A DNA stretch of 59,201 nucleotides. Origin: Welwitschia mirabilis (Eukaryota). The stretch spans positions 13,047,196 through 13,106,396 of the forward strand of contig JBOZIK010000001.1 of the NCBI GenBank assembly GCA_051453625.1, read 5' to 3'. Positions 39,541-52,482 of this stretch are shown here, piece after piece. The notes under the pieces are model-generated. The model worked only from the letters and a program-made list of their open reading frames with translations. It ran no database searches and was not told the DNA's origin. How positions within the stretch are numbered: position 1 is the stretch's first letter; each line of letters opens with the position of its first letter. Made by a program: the position numbers and the translations under genes.

Positions 39541-39789
39541 AATATGTTTCATCAATTAATGTTTAGATACAAGCTATAAGCTTGTAGCATCTTGAAAGAA
39601 GTTAATTCAAAAATTTAAGAAGAATTAAAATGATAAGAATCTTTTTTTGATGTAGAATTCAAGTGGTGTGGAACCCTAGTTTGGAAGATTACTAGGCAAA
39701 ATTTCAAAGAGTAGAAGTTGCCTAGATGAGGAGTGATGGTGATAGTAGCACAAAGGTACTACAAGACATGAGGGGGGAGTAAACTTTTT

Positions 39790-40980
39790 TTCTCATGTTA
39801 ATAGGAGCTTGTTTAGGTAAGGGTTGATTATGTTAAGTTTTCACATTATATCATTTTTAGGGCTTTTTATGTTAGAACTTTATCCTACTATGAAGAAATT
39901 CAAATTCTCCAGAGATAGAAGCGCTCTCGTCCTAGACATAGATAATGGTGCATGTGTATAAATTAAAAAAGGTTTTAGTTTAGTCTCCTAGGTATATTTG
40001 TCTCCTCTAGTCCAAGGATAACATTAGACTTGATTAGGGACTTAGTAGCTACTAAGTAAATAAGAATTACTAAAGTCCAAGTTATTACTTTACTGAATGG
40101 GCTATTACTATTTTAATTCAATAATGGAAAGGATAGAGGTAAAATCATAGCTAGGGGCCCATGATTCTTTGAAGTAAGCGGGAACACTTTAGCAAAATAG
40201 GTACAGGGGGTACAATTAGATTAAAACCTTTTTCAAATATTACCAATTTGGATAAGGATTAGATTCTTAGTAGAATTCTGGAATGTGGCCTCATAATTTA
40301 GGGATCTCATTAAGCTAGACAGAATAACAATCAAATAAACCTAATTAGTGCTAGCTAGATTTTATGTTTCAACAAGTCCATAAAAACAAATAAGACTCAA
40401 TCCATTAGATTTTGCTCTAAATAAGGATAATGCAATCTAGAAGTTAAGTAAAAAAACTTACTAGTCATCTATGAAACATGTGGAAAACTAAGACACCCCC
40501 CAAGTAGATGTCCAAAGATAGAAAAGACATGCTTCTGTTATGAAAAGAAAGGGCTCTTCAAGGAGAAATGTAGGAAAAACTAGTAGATATGGGGGACAAG
40601 AGGAAGAAATGCACATTTTTTGGGAAAGCAGTACATAAAATAGAATCCTACTAGCGTAAGAAAAAAAAAATAGAAAGGGATACAAAGAAGCATAGTAGTC
40701 TTTCCAACAAAAAAAAGGGAAGGAAAACCTCAATACTAGTTTATTTCGATACTTAGCCATAAAATAAGAAGAGAAAGAGCAGAAACTAAAATAAAAAAAG
40801 TATATCATGTAATTAAATGACGCACAGCCAAGTAACATAGAGAAGCACACAAAAGGAAGATCAAGAACATAATCCTAGGAGATAGAAAAACCATAAAAAA
40901 CATGGTAAATAAATCATAAGACAAAATAAAGAAAACATTTAAAAAATGATCAAGTAAACATAAAAAGGGGTAAAAACCTA
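39790..40980 (+). pseudogene. LINE ORF1 (DUF4283-like region + zinc knuckle), degenerate
   Basis: ARGP*F (~40150), LPIWIRI (~40240), KLDRIT (~40312) and VK*KNLLVIYETCGKLRH (~40443; decayed CxxCGxxGH), followed by a K/R-rich tail. Confidence 0.75.
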
Positions 40981-40984
40981 CCTT

Positions 40985-42374
40985 ATGAATTTCCTCACTT
41001 GGAATTGCAGGGGTTAAGGGTTTCCCTATAAAAAATAGACCCTGATAGACATTGTTATTAGAAAAAACATTAAGTTAGTTTTTCTTTAAGAAATCAAAAT
41101 AAGTAATGATAAGGAAATGGAAAGATTTTGGTAGGACTATAACATTTTTTCCATAAGAGCATAAAAAACATTAGGAAGGTGAATGATCTTGATAAATGAG
41201 AAGGCTAAGCTACTTCGTAAAGGCTCTCACCACATTTTGATCTATTTAAAAGCAAATGTTAAATTATCACAAACATTCGCAACCTCTAAAACAACATGTA
41301 CAAGAATAAAGAACACAAGAACCTTCTTAATATTATTATAAACAAAAATAGATGGGTGGTGGTAGAAGATTTTAATCACTGTATACATAGATGAGAGAAA
41401 TGAGTTATAAGCAACTAGAATAGTAAAGGAGCAAAAATCCTTAAGTAGTTTATGATGCAAGATGATTTAACAGATATCCCAATTCTAAGATGCAAATACA
41501 CATGATTAAATAGAAGAGAAGGTAGGAATCTGATCATGTCTAGGATTAATAGAACATTGATTAGAAGAGAGATACTTAATAATACATCAATAGAAGCCTG
41601 CGATCTTAATAAAATAACTTCAGATTATAGACCAATTAGGTTTCAAATAGGAATAAAATTATCTCCAAAATACTTCTTCAAGATGAAAAGATACTAGATA
41701 TATAGAGAAGAAATAATGAATATGGTGGATATCATTTACCAAAACTATGATAAAACTAGACCTCCTCATGTTCTTATATAGAGGTCTAAACACATTAATA
41801 TATTATATGAAGTAATCAGAAAAAATGGATAAAAGAAAATTTAACGCTCAGAAATAGATTAAAAAGGATCTCTATAAGTTCTAGTTAGAATAAAACTAGG
41901 GAGAAGACCAATATAACCTCAAATAATATGAGTATGACTATTCTTAAGAAATCTAAGAGATCATGGTAGATGAAGAGCAATACTAGAAATAAAAATCTAG
42001 AATCTAATGGTCATGAGATGATAAGAAATACACAAAAATTTACTTCTATCAGGAAAATTAATACAAAATATACAATAATATCAAATAGATCAAGGTACAA
42101 AATAGGGTATTAGAAAATGAGGAGAAAATTAATTTAGAAATGAAGATGCATCTTAAAACAGTTTGAAAATGAGAGGATATTAGCCCCAAGCTATTGTGTA
42201 TTCCTAACAAAATTACTAAAGATAAAAATAAAGAGTTATGTAAGCTTATAATAGGAAGTAGTTAAGTAGGCTATTAAATCCATGAAAAACAACAAAATAC
42301 TGGGGCCTGATGGGTGGCCCATAGAATTTTTCAAAGTTTATTTTCCCATCCTTAGTAAAAACATTTAAGATGTA
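40985..42374 (+). pseudogene. LINE ORF2 5' part: APE-like endonuclease and linker
   Basis: MNFLTWNCRG*G, FL*EIK, SRINRTLI, SDYRPI and KILGPDGWPIEFFK. Confidence 0.9.
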
Positions 42375-43436
42375 TGATGTGCTACCAATTTGTGTGTTTT
42401 TAATGAGGTTTTATGAGCTATTTTGTAGGACATTTGTATAGGTTTTAATGCAATGCTAAGGATTTTGGAGAATTAATAGAAGATCTTAGAAATATCTAAT
42501 TCTTAGTAAGATTTAAAGCCTTTAAGACACATTCTGATACATAGAGCTTTAGAGGAAGATTACTAACAGAAAGGCTATCTTCTCCTCATTGAAATGAATA
42601 AAGAAGACTTTCATCCCCTCTATCATCCTCATGACAGCCAGGACGATGACACTATTTGATGCCAACATGGACTGCTGAGACACTACTGAGTCATCTTTTG
42701 TAAAGAACTGTCATCCCTATATTATCTGGAGGACATTCAGGATGACACTGTAACTGATACTGACAGTAAACCTTTAACCATTTCTTTCATTTCTTTTTTG
42801 TAATGGAGTTCGTTTTAGAGCACCTTTTATTATCATTTTTTGCTATGTAATCCTATAAATAAGGCCCTCTTTAATTCTCCTCTTCATCTTTGATGCATTA
42901 AAAATTCTCATAATAGGATATCAAAGGTGCTAATCGATCTCAAGAGTTGCAAAAAAATGTTCTTTGCTAAAACACTGTGCATCCTCCATTGAGGCCCGAA
43001 TGTTTTATAACCCAAATGCTAGTTCCTTTTTAATATAAAATTCTATTTTTCATTTATGTATGTTAGTTTATCAGATGCCCCTTATGATCTATATTGCCCT
43101 TAATCTAGTGACAATTTCATTGGTGATATAGTTTTTAAGGGTATCCTTTGTGAAGGATGAAATAAAGTAGTCTAGTTTCATCTTGCATTACATTTAGATT
43201 TTATTGCATTTGCATTTGCATTGCATCTTTACTTTCTGCATTTTTATTCAATTTTGGTTACTTTAATTTTTATGAAAATCAATCCTCCAATCTTATCTCA
43301 TAGCCTGCAAAGGAATATGAAATCTAAGTTCACTCCCAACTATACTAGTATGTTGTATTATGTAGGATATCTATTTTATTTGTAAATGACAAGATCTGCT
43401 TGAGTAAAATTGTTTGCACAAAAATGCATCGCAACA
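42375..43436 (+). repeat. Composite D first LTR
   Basis: TGATG...GCAACA with TATA CCTATAAATA at ~42852, followed by a PBS. Confidence 0.9.
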
Positions 43437-43439
43437 GCT

Positions 43440-43457
43440 TGGCACCATTACCAGGGA
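43440..43457 (+). promoter_or_regulatory. Decayed tRNA-Asp PBS (composite D)
   Basis: TGGCACCATTACCAGGGA; all four differences from consensus are G>A. Confidence 0.85.
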
Positions 43458-44339
43458 AAGCGACTGAGGAGAATGAGGATTATCATTATTCAGATGCGTA
43501 AATTGGATTTTTGATTAGTTATTTATCTATAGAGACATTGTATTTTTAATTAGGAATTATTGGTTTTTTGGCTTTTTAGTTTTTGGTCTTTGGTTTTTTG
43601 ATTTTTGGTTACTCGGTTTCTTTGGTTTTTGGTTTTCAATTTTTTATTTTTTAGTTTTTATTTTTTAGTTTTTTGGTTGTTTGTTTTGTTTTATTTTTCA
43701 TAGTCTATAATAACAATTGTCATCCTCTATGTCATTCTCATGACATTGAAATGATAGCACTAGTTTTCTCCATTTTAATTTCTATTTGTGAATTTTCTCT
43801 TGTTTTTTACAGCTAAATAGTTATTCTCTTCTCCGTCATTCCCATGACAAGATGGATGATGGCTCTATTTTTTAGTCTTGATTTTTTTTATTATAGTTTT
43901 TTGCTAGTATAATAATATTTGATTTCTATCGTCTTCTATGTTTTCCACACGACCAGAAGGACAACAGCCTCTGTTTTTCTAGTTTTCAGCTTTCTACTCT
44001 ATCAAGTTTCTATTTTCTGCTCTTTGTATTTATTATCCCTTCTATCATTCTCATGATAGTTAGGATGACTATTTTTTATTTTTAATTTTATTTTTTATTA
44101 TTTTCTGATTGAAGGACATTGTGAGATGGTCATTCCAAAAAAAGAAATATCAAAGAGAAAGGGCTAGTGATAAAAGAAAGTATCAGAGAAGGATTAGTTA
44201 ACTTCAAAATAGAATCAAAAATGCAATCTCTAAGTGCATACAATATCTCTTTTAAGTTAATTTCTTAAAACATTAAAAACAGTAGAACTCAATTGTCACT
44301 ATGCACTTATCTTCATCTTGGACTAGAGTCTCTTTTTTC

Positions 44340-45460
44340 CATTCTTCTCAATTATGAATAGTGATTTAAGAACCCTTAGGGAAATTTTTACTGAAAAAAG
44401 AGAAACTTAAAAAACTCTGAGGATAATAGTAAAAAAACACTTTAAGAGATTTTTAAAAAGGGATAACAACACAAAATTATATTGAGAGTAGGGATTGGGC
44501 TCATTCCTCTTTTTAGCTACCTTATTATTCCCCCTCTTCTTTTTAAACTTCATATAGAAATAATAATGAAAATCTTAGGAATTCAACCTTGTACAATCAC
44601 CTTTATATATTTCATCTATCTCCTATGCATTACTATGAAGAATAACCATCTTCTATTAACTACTATGAGGAAGAAAATGATCCAATGAAAGAAATGATTG
44701 ACAAAATAATAAAGAACCATGAAAAAGCCAATAAGAACATAGAAAATTTGGTTGAAATCTTACAACAAATACTATTACAAAATCTAGAAGATGATCAAAG
44801 GGGATATAACAATAATTCAACTCTATCCTTTAATAATAATAATGAGGATGATCATTCATTAGACGATGATATTGAAGTATTAGATTATATCCTTGGAATC
44901 CATTTACTAGATGAAGAATACATTCATGAAAAATCTAAAAATTTCTTAATCTATGATAGAGATAATGATTACATTTATCCTTCTAATGAAAATAATAACA
45001 TGCAACAAGATGATGTAAATGATGAAGAATAAGATGATAATGACATTAAAATATTAGATCATATCCCTTATTTGCACTTACTTTATAAGGATGAAGGATT
45101 TTTACTTTTAAAAGAAGTTCAACTTATAAGATTAATGGAGATAAGTACTGAGATAAAATTAATGAAAAATAGTCAACTCAGTAAGAGCAACTCAATCACT
45201 AAAAATGAAGATACATTTTAGAGTTAACAAAATTATTCAATAGAAAGGATGAGGAGTCAAATCTGGAAATATCAGAAAATCTTTAATCACATAATAAAGA
45301 TAATAACAACTTTCCTTTTTATAATCTTTTTAATGATTTTTTTAAGGAAGTCACCAACTTAGAAAATAAAAATTAATCCTCAACAAAACAAAAAAGAAGA
45401 GTAAGATACAATCAATGATAACGATAATAAAGAAGAGGAAGATATGATCAATGAAAAATG
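44340..45460 (+). pseudogene. Truncated gag-derived region with acidic D/N-rich extension; no pol downstream
   Basis: RTLREIF (~44370) resembles gag start VTLKEII, and KANKNIENLVEILQQ (ORF 44685-45032) matches KTNSNIENLVNVL*QQ in C gag. No PR/RT/RH/IN core motifs occur before 48157. Confidence 0.6.
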
Positions 45461-48157
45461 CATTTAATGAAGTAACTCTTCAAATCACATCCTTATCCTT
45501 AAAATTAATGAGACACATCATCTTGAGGACTTGACTCCAAAAATCTTCCAATCCTTTCCTTTGAAAACTTTATGTGCTATAAAAGTAACATCTTTTCTAC
45601 TTTTACAAAGCCAACTCTACCTTACACTTTCAGTGATTATTCTTTTCAAAAACAAGACTTGGGATATCTAAGAACTCTAAATTAGGGAAAATCATACTTC
45701 TTGATCCAAATCCATGTTTAGATTTAAATGTTAAAAAGCTTCTTAGGTATGTAAAACTTACCTTAATCATCCACCCTAAGAAGTTTCTTACAAATTCTTG
45801 GATCTCAAACAATACATTTCATGTTCAATATCAAGTTTTAAATGCAATTTATGTTTCAAATCCTTTATATCATAAGTTTCATAAGAGATTATTTTTTCAT
45901 GAGTTATATGAATTTTTATTTTATATATTACTACTAATTCTTGTGAAAACAAAATGTCATGTGCTCATGGTAATCGAAAAAAGCCTTATTTTCTTACTAA
46001 AAATTCATGTCTTGAATCAAATGATAGAAAACATTTTAAAGAGCCTTCAAAATCATCTTGGATATTTTCTATGATACCCCTCTTGCATTATTTTTATAAT
46101 GATACTTAGGATTCATAAAATTTTCATAAGAAAATATTTATCAATTCCACTTATCACTTCTTTATATCTTATTTGAGTTTTAAAATTTATGATATTAAAG
46201 TTTTATCTTTTTATTCTTTCTTCTTCCAATTGATTTTACTTAAAAATGATTGCATACCTTTTATGTTTTATCAATTAGTGAATATTTGATTTGGGCCTTA
46301 TTTCTCTGAAAGAATGCAATATTTTTTGACCATCTAAATAGATCCTTCCTTTTTTATTTCTTTTCAATAAAAGTGTGACTATATTTTAGGATTTGAATAA
46401 AATTTGTTTTGGTATTTCTTTGTTTCCTTGTGATTTTTTACTTTAATTTTGTCTTCTATTTTTGTCATCCTCTTTATTGTCTGGACAACAAGAAGAATGA
46501 TGTTAGTTGTTTTATATTTAGTCTTCTATTATTTTAAGAAAATACGTTATGATGGCTCTATTGAGATTTCTAATTTAACCACTTAAGAAATTTAGGAATT
46601 TAATAGGAAAAGGCTAAAAATATATAAGCAACATTTGAATTTTCTCTTAGCTTTTTTCTTTGAAGGCCATTATGACGTTACTTGATCATCTTTCAAACAT
46701 AACTTATATATTTATTTCTATAACTAGTCTTTTGACTTGGGCTTTTTATAGTAGTAAGATTGGATTCACCCAATCTTAATACATTTACATATCTAAGAAC
46801 TTTAGTTTAAAGGAAAATGCTTTATTTTTTATGTTTTTCTCAATGATGAAAGGGTCTTAGATTGTTTTAAGGGTTTTCTTTTTGTCTTCATCTTATGACT
46901 TCATCTTTTCTTTTGGAGTGTTTGGTAATGTGGAATGTTTTCATTTAAATAGAAAAAGAGTAAAATAAAAACATTATGTTTTATATTTAAAATAGTTTAA
47001 AAACATGGTTACCATGATTTCCTACCATTAGTACACTGGGGAAAATTTTTTCGAGAGGATCCATTGATAGTATAGTATGGTAGCTATGGGAACTCTACTA
47101 GGGCGTTAGTTGGCCATGCTTCATGGGTTCTTACTTCTCTGACTATGGCTGCACTCCCCTCATCATGGATAATAAATTAATAATAAAGGCTTGAAGGCTA
47201 TGGGTAAGTGCTATTCCTGGTATCATTAGAGGCATTGCTTATTTCTTAAACTCTTAGTCTTTTTACATGATCATTTTATTTCTTGAGATTCAGGTGTTTG
47301 TTTTGAGATATTCGCAGGTGAATTTATTTTTGAAAAACTTTTTGGTCTAATCATTCATTGTGTAAAGCATTTCATTTTTAGCATCGTCATAATCACTGCC
47401 CCATCGAATACAATTTTTTTTACATCAAGTCATGCATTTTAAAATCAAGTGATGTTATAATTTATTTTACAGGAGTCTACTAAGTTAAAATTTCAGATAG
47501 GTAGGCTATCTTCTTTATACCTTATATACATTCTTTCTATTTTCTTTGGTTGTTTAGTTAATTATTTCAAAGTCATTTTCATATTTTCTTATCATTTGAG
47601 GATCTTATTATTTAATGCTTTCCTTGCTTAGTTTTTAATAAAGAGTTGATTTCTTACTCACTTTAGATAAATAGTTTTGTAAAGTTTATTTTTAGTATTT
47701 TGGAGTTCTCAACGCTGCTCATAATCATTTTGTGATGAAACATTTTCTTTGATTGTTAGAATATTTTATACATCTATTTTTTTCAAATCTAACATTTTTT
47801 TTTACTCAAATTTGCACTTAATTTATAAAGTTGTCCAAATTCAAAAGCATCAATTATCTACCTTCTTACTCATCTACTTTATTTGCTTTATTAGCCAATA
47901 TGGGACTTATTATTATCCTTAAAGGGGGATAGAACCCCTTTTTACAAATTTGTGAGTTATTTAAGAGCTTTCATGAGACATAATTTTAAAAAAAGTTTTA
48001 CTCCATACACATTATGAATTACATGTTATTTTTCTATGTGATGTGTTTTATGAACCTCTTTGATAATTTTCAAATTGATATTTTATAATACAAATTGGCT
48101 CACATTTGTGGTTTTTCACCTATTTTTAGGAACTAATAAAAGTTAAGTGGAGGGCTA

Positions 48158-49237
48158 TGATGTACTACCAATTTATGTGTGTTTTATAGGGTTTTATGAG
48201 CTATTTTATAAGACATTTGCATAAGTTTTGATGCAATTCTAAGGATTTTGGAGAATCAATAGAAGATCTTAGAAATGTACAATTCTTAGTAAGATTTGAA
48301 GCATTTAAGGCACATTCTGATACATAGAGATTTATAGGAAGATTACTAATAGAAAGGCTAGCTTTTCCTCACTAAAATAAACAAAGAAGACTTTCGTCTC
48401 TATCATTTCCATGACAAGTAGAATGACAAGATATTTAAATGCTAATTTAAACTATTAAGTAATTTGCTAAGTCATCTACTAACTCATCTCTTGTAATGAT
48501 CTATTATCCCTATCATCATCTAAATGATGGCTAGGATGAAACTATAACTGACTCTGATAATTAACCTTGAATTATTTCATCCATTTCTTTTTTGTAATGG
48601 AGTGCATATTGTAGTACCTTTTTCATGTTAGTTTTTGCTTTGTAATCTTATAAATAAAACCCTTCTTTGACTCTCCTCTCCATTTTGGATGTACCAAGAA
48701 TTCTCATAATAGGAGATCAAAGGGAAGAAGATATATCTTAAGAGTTACAGGAAGCCATTCCATTAGTGGAGGGTTATGCATCCTTCATTGAGGCCAAGCT
48801 ATTTTGTAACCTAGATCTATGGTTCTTTTTAATATTAAACTATATTTTTATTTTATACATGTTAGTTTGTTAGATGTTCTTTATAGTCTATGTTTTCCTT
48901 GATTTGATGACAATTTCATTAGTGATATAGATCTTAAGTGCAACTTTTATCAAGTCTAAAAGAAATTAGTTTAGACTTGTTTTGCATCACATTTAGAGTT
49001 AGTTACATTTCATTTGCATTACATCTTTATTTTATACATTATTATTTAATTTTTAATTACCTTATTCTCTTGTAAAAATGAATCCTTATTCTCCTCTCAT
49101 AAGTTTTCAATAGGATACGACATTTAGGTTAACTTTCAACTATATTAGTATGTTATATTGTGTAAGATATCTATCTTTGATTATAAATTATATGATCTTA
49201 TTTAATGTAAACATTTGCATAAACATGCACTACAACA
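48158..49237 (+). repeat. Composite D middle LTR
   Basis: PPT AAGTGGAGGGCTA|TGATG...ACAACA|TTTTG; colinear with 42375-43436. Confidence 0.9.
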
Positions 49238-49242
49238 TTTTG

Positions 49243-49596
49243 AAGGATGACGATGAGGATGATAACTCATTACAAAGATGACTTAGTAGATAACTAAATA
49301 GTCCACATCAACATTCAAATGTGTTATCATCTTGCTTGTCGTGGGAATGACATAGGGGATGATAGTATTCTTTATTTATTTCAGTGAGGAGAATCTAACC
49401 TTTTTGTTAGTAATCTTTCTTTAAGACTCTATGCATCAGAATGTGATTAAACAATTTAAATTATACTAAGAATTGCACATTTATAAGATCTTCCATCAAT
49501 TCTCGAAAATTGTTAGAATTTCATCTAAAAATGCGTAAATATCATATAAAATAGCTCATAAACCCCCATCAAATAACCATAAATTGCAGAATATCA
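49243..49596 (-). repeat. 5' ~350 bp of a D-family LTR in inverted orientation
   Basis: The reverse complement begins TGATATTCTGCAATTTATGG..TTTATGAGCTATTTT and aligns to 48158-48520. Confidence 0.85.
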
Positions 49597-51068
49597 TTAA
49601 CTACGTTTAAATTACTTATGGAGAATCCTTTTATCATGTTTAAACATGGCTTGGGCATTATAAATCTATTGACGATATATGGAATGAGTATGCTCTTCAT
49701 CTAAAAGGTCAAGTTAGGCTAATTGAGTTCTAAGATTTTTGTTTAAGTATAAAAGATTAAGTTAATGGGGTGGATCGATAAGAGTTATAGCAAACATCAA
49801 CTAATAAGATAAAAACTTTGTCATACATAAGTTCATATGATGAGAAACCTAAAGAGTTATATCAAATAGTATGATTAGCATAAAGAACATCATTAAGTTT
49901 AGAAAAAATGTTTCATTATTGAGAGAGACTAACTTCTAAAGACATTTTTAATTTCCCTATTGGTGTTTTCAACTTAGTCATTAGTTTGGGAATGATAAGA
50001 ACATGTAATTATATGTTGAATACAAAAGAATAAAATAATTTTACAAAAAATGAAATTAATGAAATTAGTTTCTTGATTACTAATAAGGATTCTTAAAAAA
50101 TCAAAACATTAAAAGATATAACTTCAGATAAAATTACATATGATTCAGGAATGATTTTTAATAGTTGGAATAGCTTTGAATTAATTAATAACATAATGAA
50201 TGGCACTTAGATATAATTTTTATTATGATAAGGTGGTTTGATAGGGCTTATAAAGTCAATCCCTTAATAATCAAAGGTTTACATTCAAGCATAGGTTTAA
50301 GGGGTATATCTTGAGAATGAGCTAGGCTATCATAATGTTGACAAGCATTACATTTTTATAAATTAAATGATTCTTTGAAAATATTTGACTAACAAAAACT
50401 AGAGTAAAGAATTTTGATTATCATCTTTTGATCACTAAACTATCGCTCACATACTCCACCATGGTAAAGTTTAATAATTTCTAAGTTTTTCCATTTAGAC
50501 ATACATTTATGCTTGATTTTGTATTTACATCTTCTATAATGATGGGGCTCATTTAACTCATATTCACTAATCCTATAGAGAAATGATTTGCATTAGTTAT
50601 GATTTCAATGCTTAGCTATTTTCATAGTAATAAGGTAGTTCATATTGTCAGCATATAAGGAGTAGAATGAGTATAAGAGATGACATAACGTTATGCCACA
50701 GCAAATTGTTATTCATTAGAAAAGGAGTTGTTTATGAAAATTTCATCATGGGAATAAGAAAGTCAAGATAGGTTATCAATAATGCTATTATGTTTTCTAT
50801 ATTTATTAATAATAGTGAGGGTAAATTCTTACATAAGAATAATCCACCTAATAAGTCTAACATTAGAATCTTTCTTATTCATAATATAACATATGATTGC
50901 ATGCTTAGTTTAAACATTAATATGAAAGCTAAGACAATAATGTTAAAGATGATTAAGGCAAAAGATGACGGTAAGAATTTCTCTCTTGATAGTAGTATAG
51001 TTGGATTAAGCTTTAGAAAAATATTTACTAAGATATGATATGACTTTAAAACCATTTTCATATTTTTG
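49597..51068 (-). pseudogene. Athila-like RNase H-integrase fragment (antisense)
   Basis: Minus strand reads SKA*SNYTTIKREILTVIFCL (~50950-51020), FDY*GIDFISP (~50245-50276) and AQAMFKHDKRILHK (~49615-49658). Confidence 0.85.
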
Positions 51069-51168
51069 NNNNNNNNNNNNNNNNNNNNNNNNNNNNNNNN
51101 NNNNNNNNNNNNNNNNNNNNNNNNNNNNNNNNNNNNNNNNNNNNNNNNNNNNNNNNNNNNNNNNNNNN

Positions 51169-52477
51169 AAGATCATCATCCCCTCTATCGTTCCTATGAA
51201 AGCTAGGATGATGATACTATTTGATGTTGACATGTACTACTAAGATACCACTGAGTTATCTAATGAGTCATCTTTTATAAATAGCCATTAGCCCTTATGT
51301 CAGCTGGACGACATCTAGGATAACATTGTAACTAACACTAAGAATTGACCTTTAACCATTTCATTTGTTTCTTTTCTATAATGGAACACATTTTAGAGTG
51401 CTTTTTATTATCGTTTTCTGTTGTGTAACTCTATGAATAAGACCCTTTTCAATTCTGCTCTCCATCTTCAATGCACCAAAAATTCTCGTAACAGGAAATT
51501 CAAGGGTAGAAGATCCCTCTCAAGAGTTGTAGAAAGGCATTTCCTTGGTAAAGAGTTGTGCATCTTCTATTAAGGCTTGGCTGTTTTGTAACCTAGATGC
51601 TAGTTCCTTTTTAATATAAAATTCTATTTTTTATTTATGCATGTTAGTTTATGTAATGTCCCTTATGGTTTATGTTACCCTTTATCTGGTGAAAATTTCA
51701 TTGATGATATAGGTTTTAAAGGCAGCCTTTGTTAAGGCTAAAAAAAATAAGTTTATTTTCATCTTGCATTGCATTTAGATGAGTTGCGTTTTCATTTACA
51801 TTTCACTTTTACTTTTTGCATTGCTATTCAATTTTGATTACTTTATCTTTATGAAAATCAATTCTCAAATCGCATCTCATAGTCTTTGATGNNNNNNNNN
51901 NNNNNNNNNNNNNNNNNNNNNNNNNNNNNNNNNNNNNNNNNNNNNNNNNNNNNNNNNNNNNNNNNNNNNNNNNNNNNNNNNNNNNNNNNNNNNNNNNNNN
52001 NNNNNNNNNNNNNNNNNNNNNNNNNNNNNNNNNNNNNNNNNNNNNNNNNNNNNNNNNNNNNNNNNNNNNNNNNNNNNNNNNNNNNNNNNNNNNNNNNNNN
52101 NNNNNNNNNNNNNNNNNNNNNNNNNNNNNNNNNNNNNNNNNNNNNNNNNNNNNNNNNNNNNNNNNNNNNNNNNNNNNNNNNNNNNNNNCTTTGTTAAGGC
52201 TAAAAAGAATAAGTTTAGTTTCATCTTGCATTGCATTTAGATGAGTTGCATTTTCATTTACATTTCACTTTTACTTTTTGCATTGTTATTCAATTTTGAT
52301 TACTTTATCTTTATGAAAATCAATTCTCAAATCTCATCTCATAGTCTTTGATGAAATCTGACATTGGGTTTCACTCCTAAATATATTAGTGTGTTGTGTT
52401 ATGTAAGATATCTATTTTATTTGTAAATAATAGAATATTCTTGAGCATAATCATTTGTACAAATACGTACTTCAATA
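51169..52477 (+). repeat. Composite D last LTR (5' end in gap; partly duplicated across a second gap)
   Basis: Aligns to 42610-43436 and ends ..TACTTCAATA, followed by the TSD. Confidence 0.85.
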
Positions 52478-52482
52478 ATGTG

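Larger units (their letters stand above)
42375..52477 (+). mobile_element. Composite D: non-autonomous Athila-like unit with three direct LTRs and an inverted cargo segment, inserted in LINE ORF2
   Basis: TSD ATGTA (42370-42374) / ATGTG (52478-52482), and LINE RT resumes immediately afterwards. Confidence 0.8.

Noticed and set aside
39554..39650. Possible continuation of A gag on the minus strand (would make the LINE flanks two different elements); includes hairpin TACAAGCT-ATA-AGCTTGTA
   Set aside because: It needs forced frameshifts. The 13-bp TSD and the gag join at 39541/55650 explain the flanks better, and the 8-bp hairpin alone is not significant.
4729..52236. Long ORFs in the supplied track made mostly of X
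   Set aside because: They are artefacts of translating N gaps.
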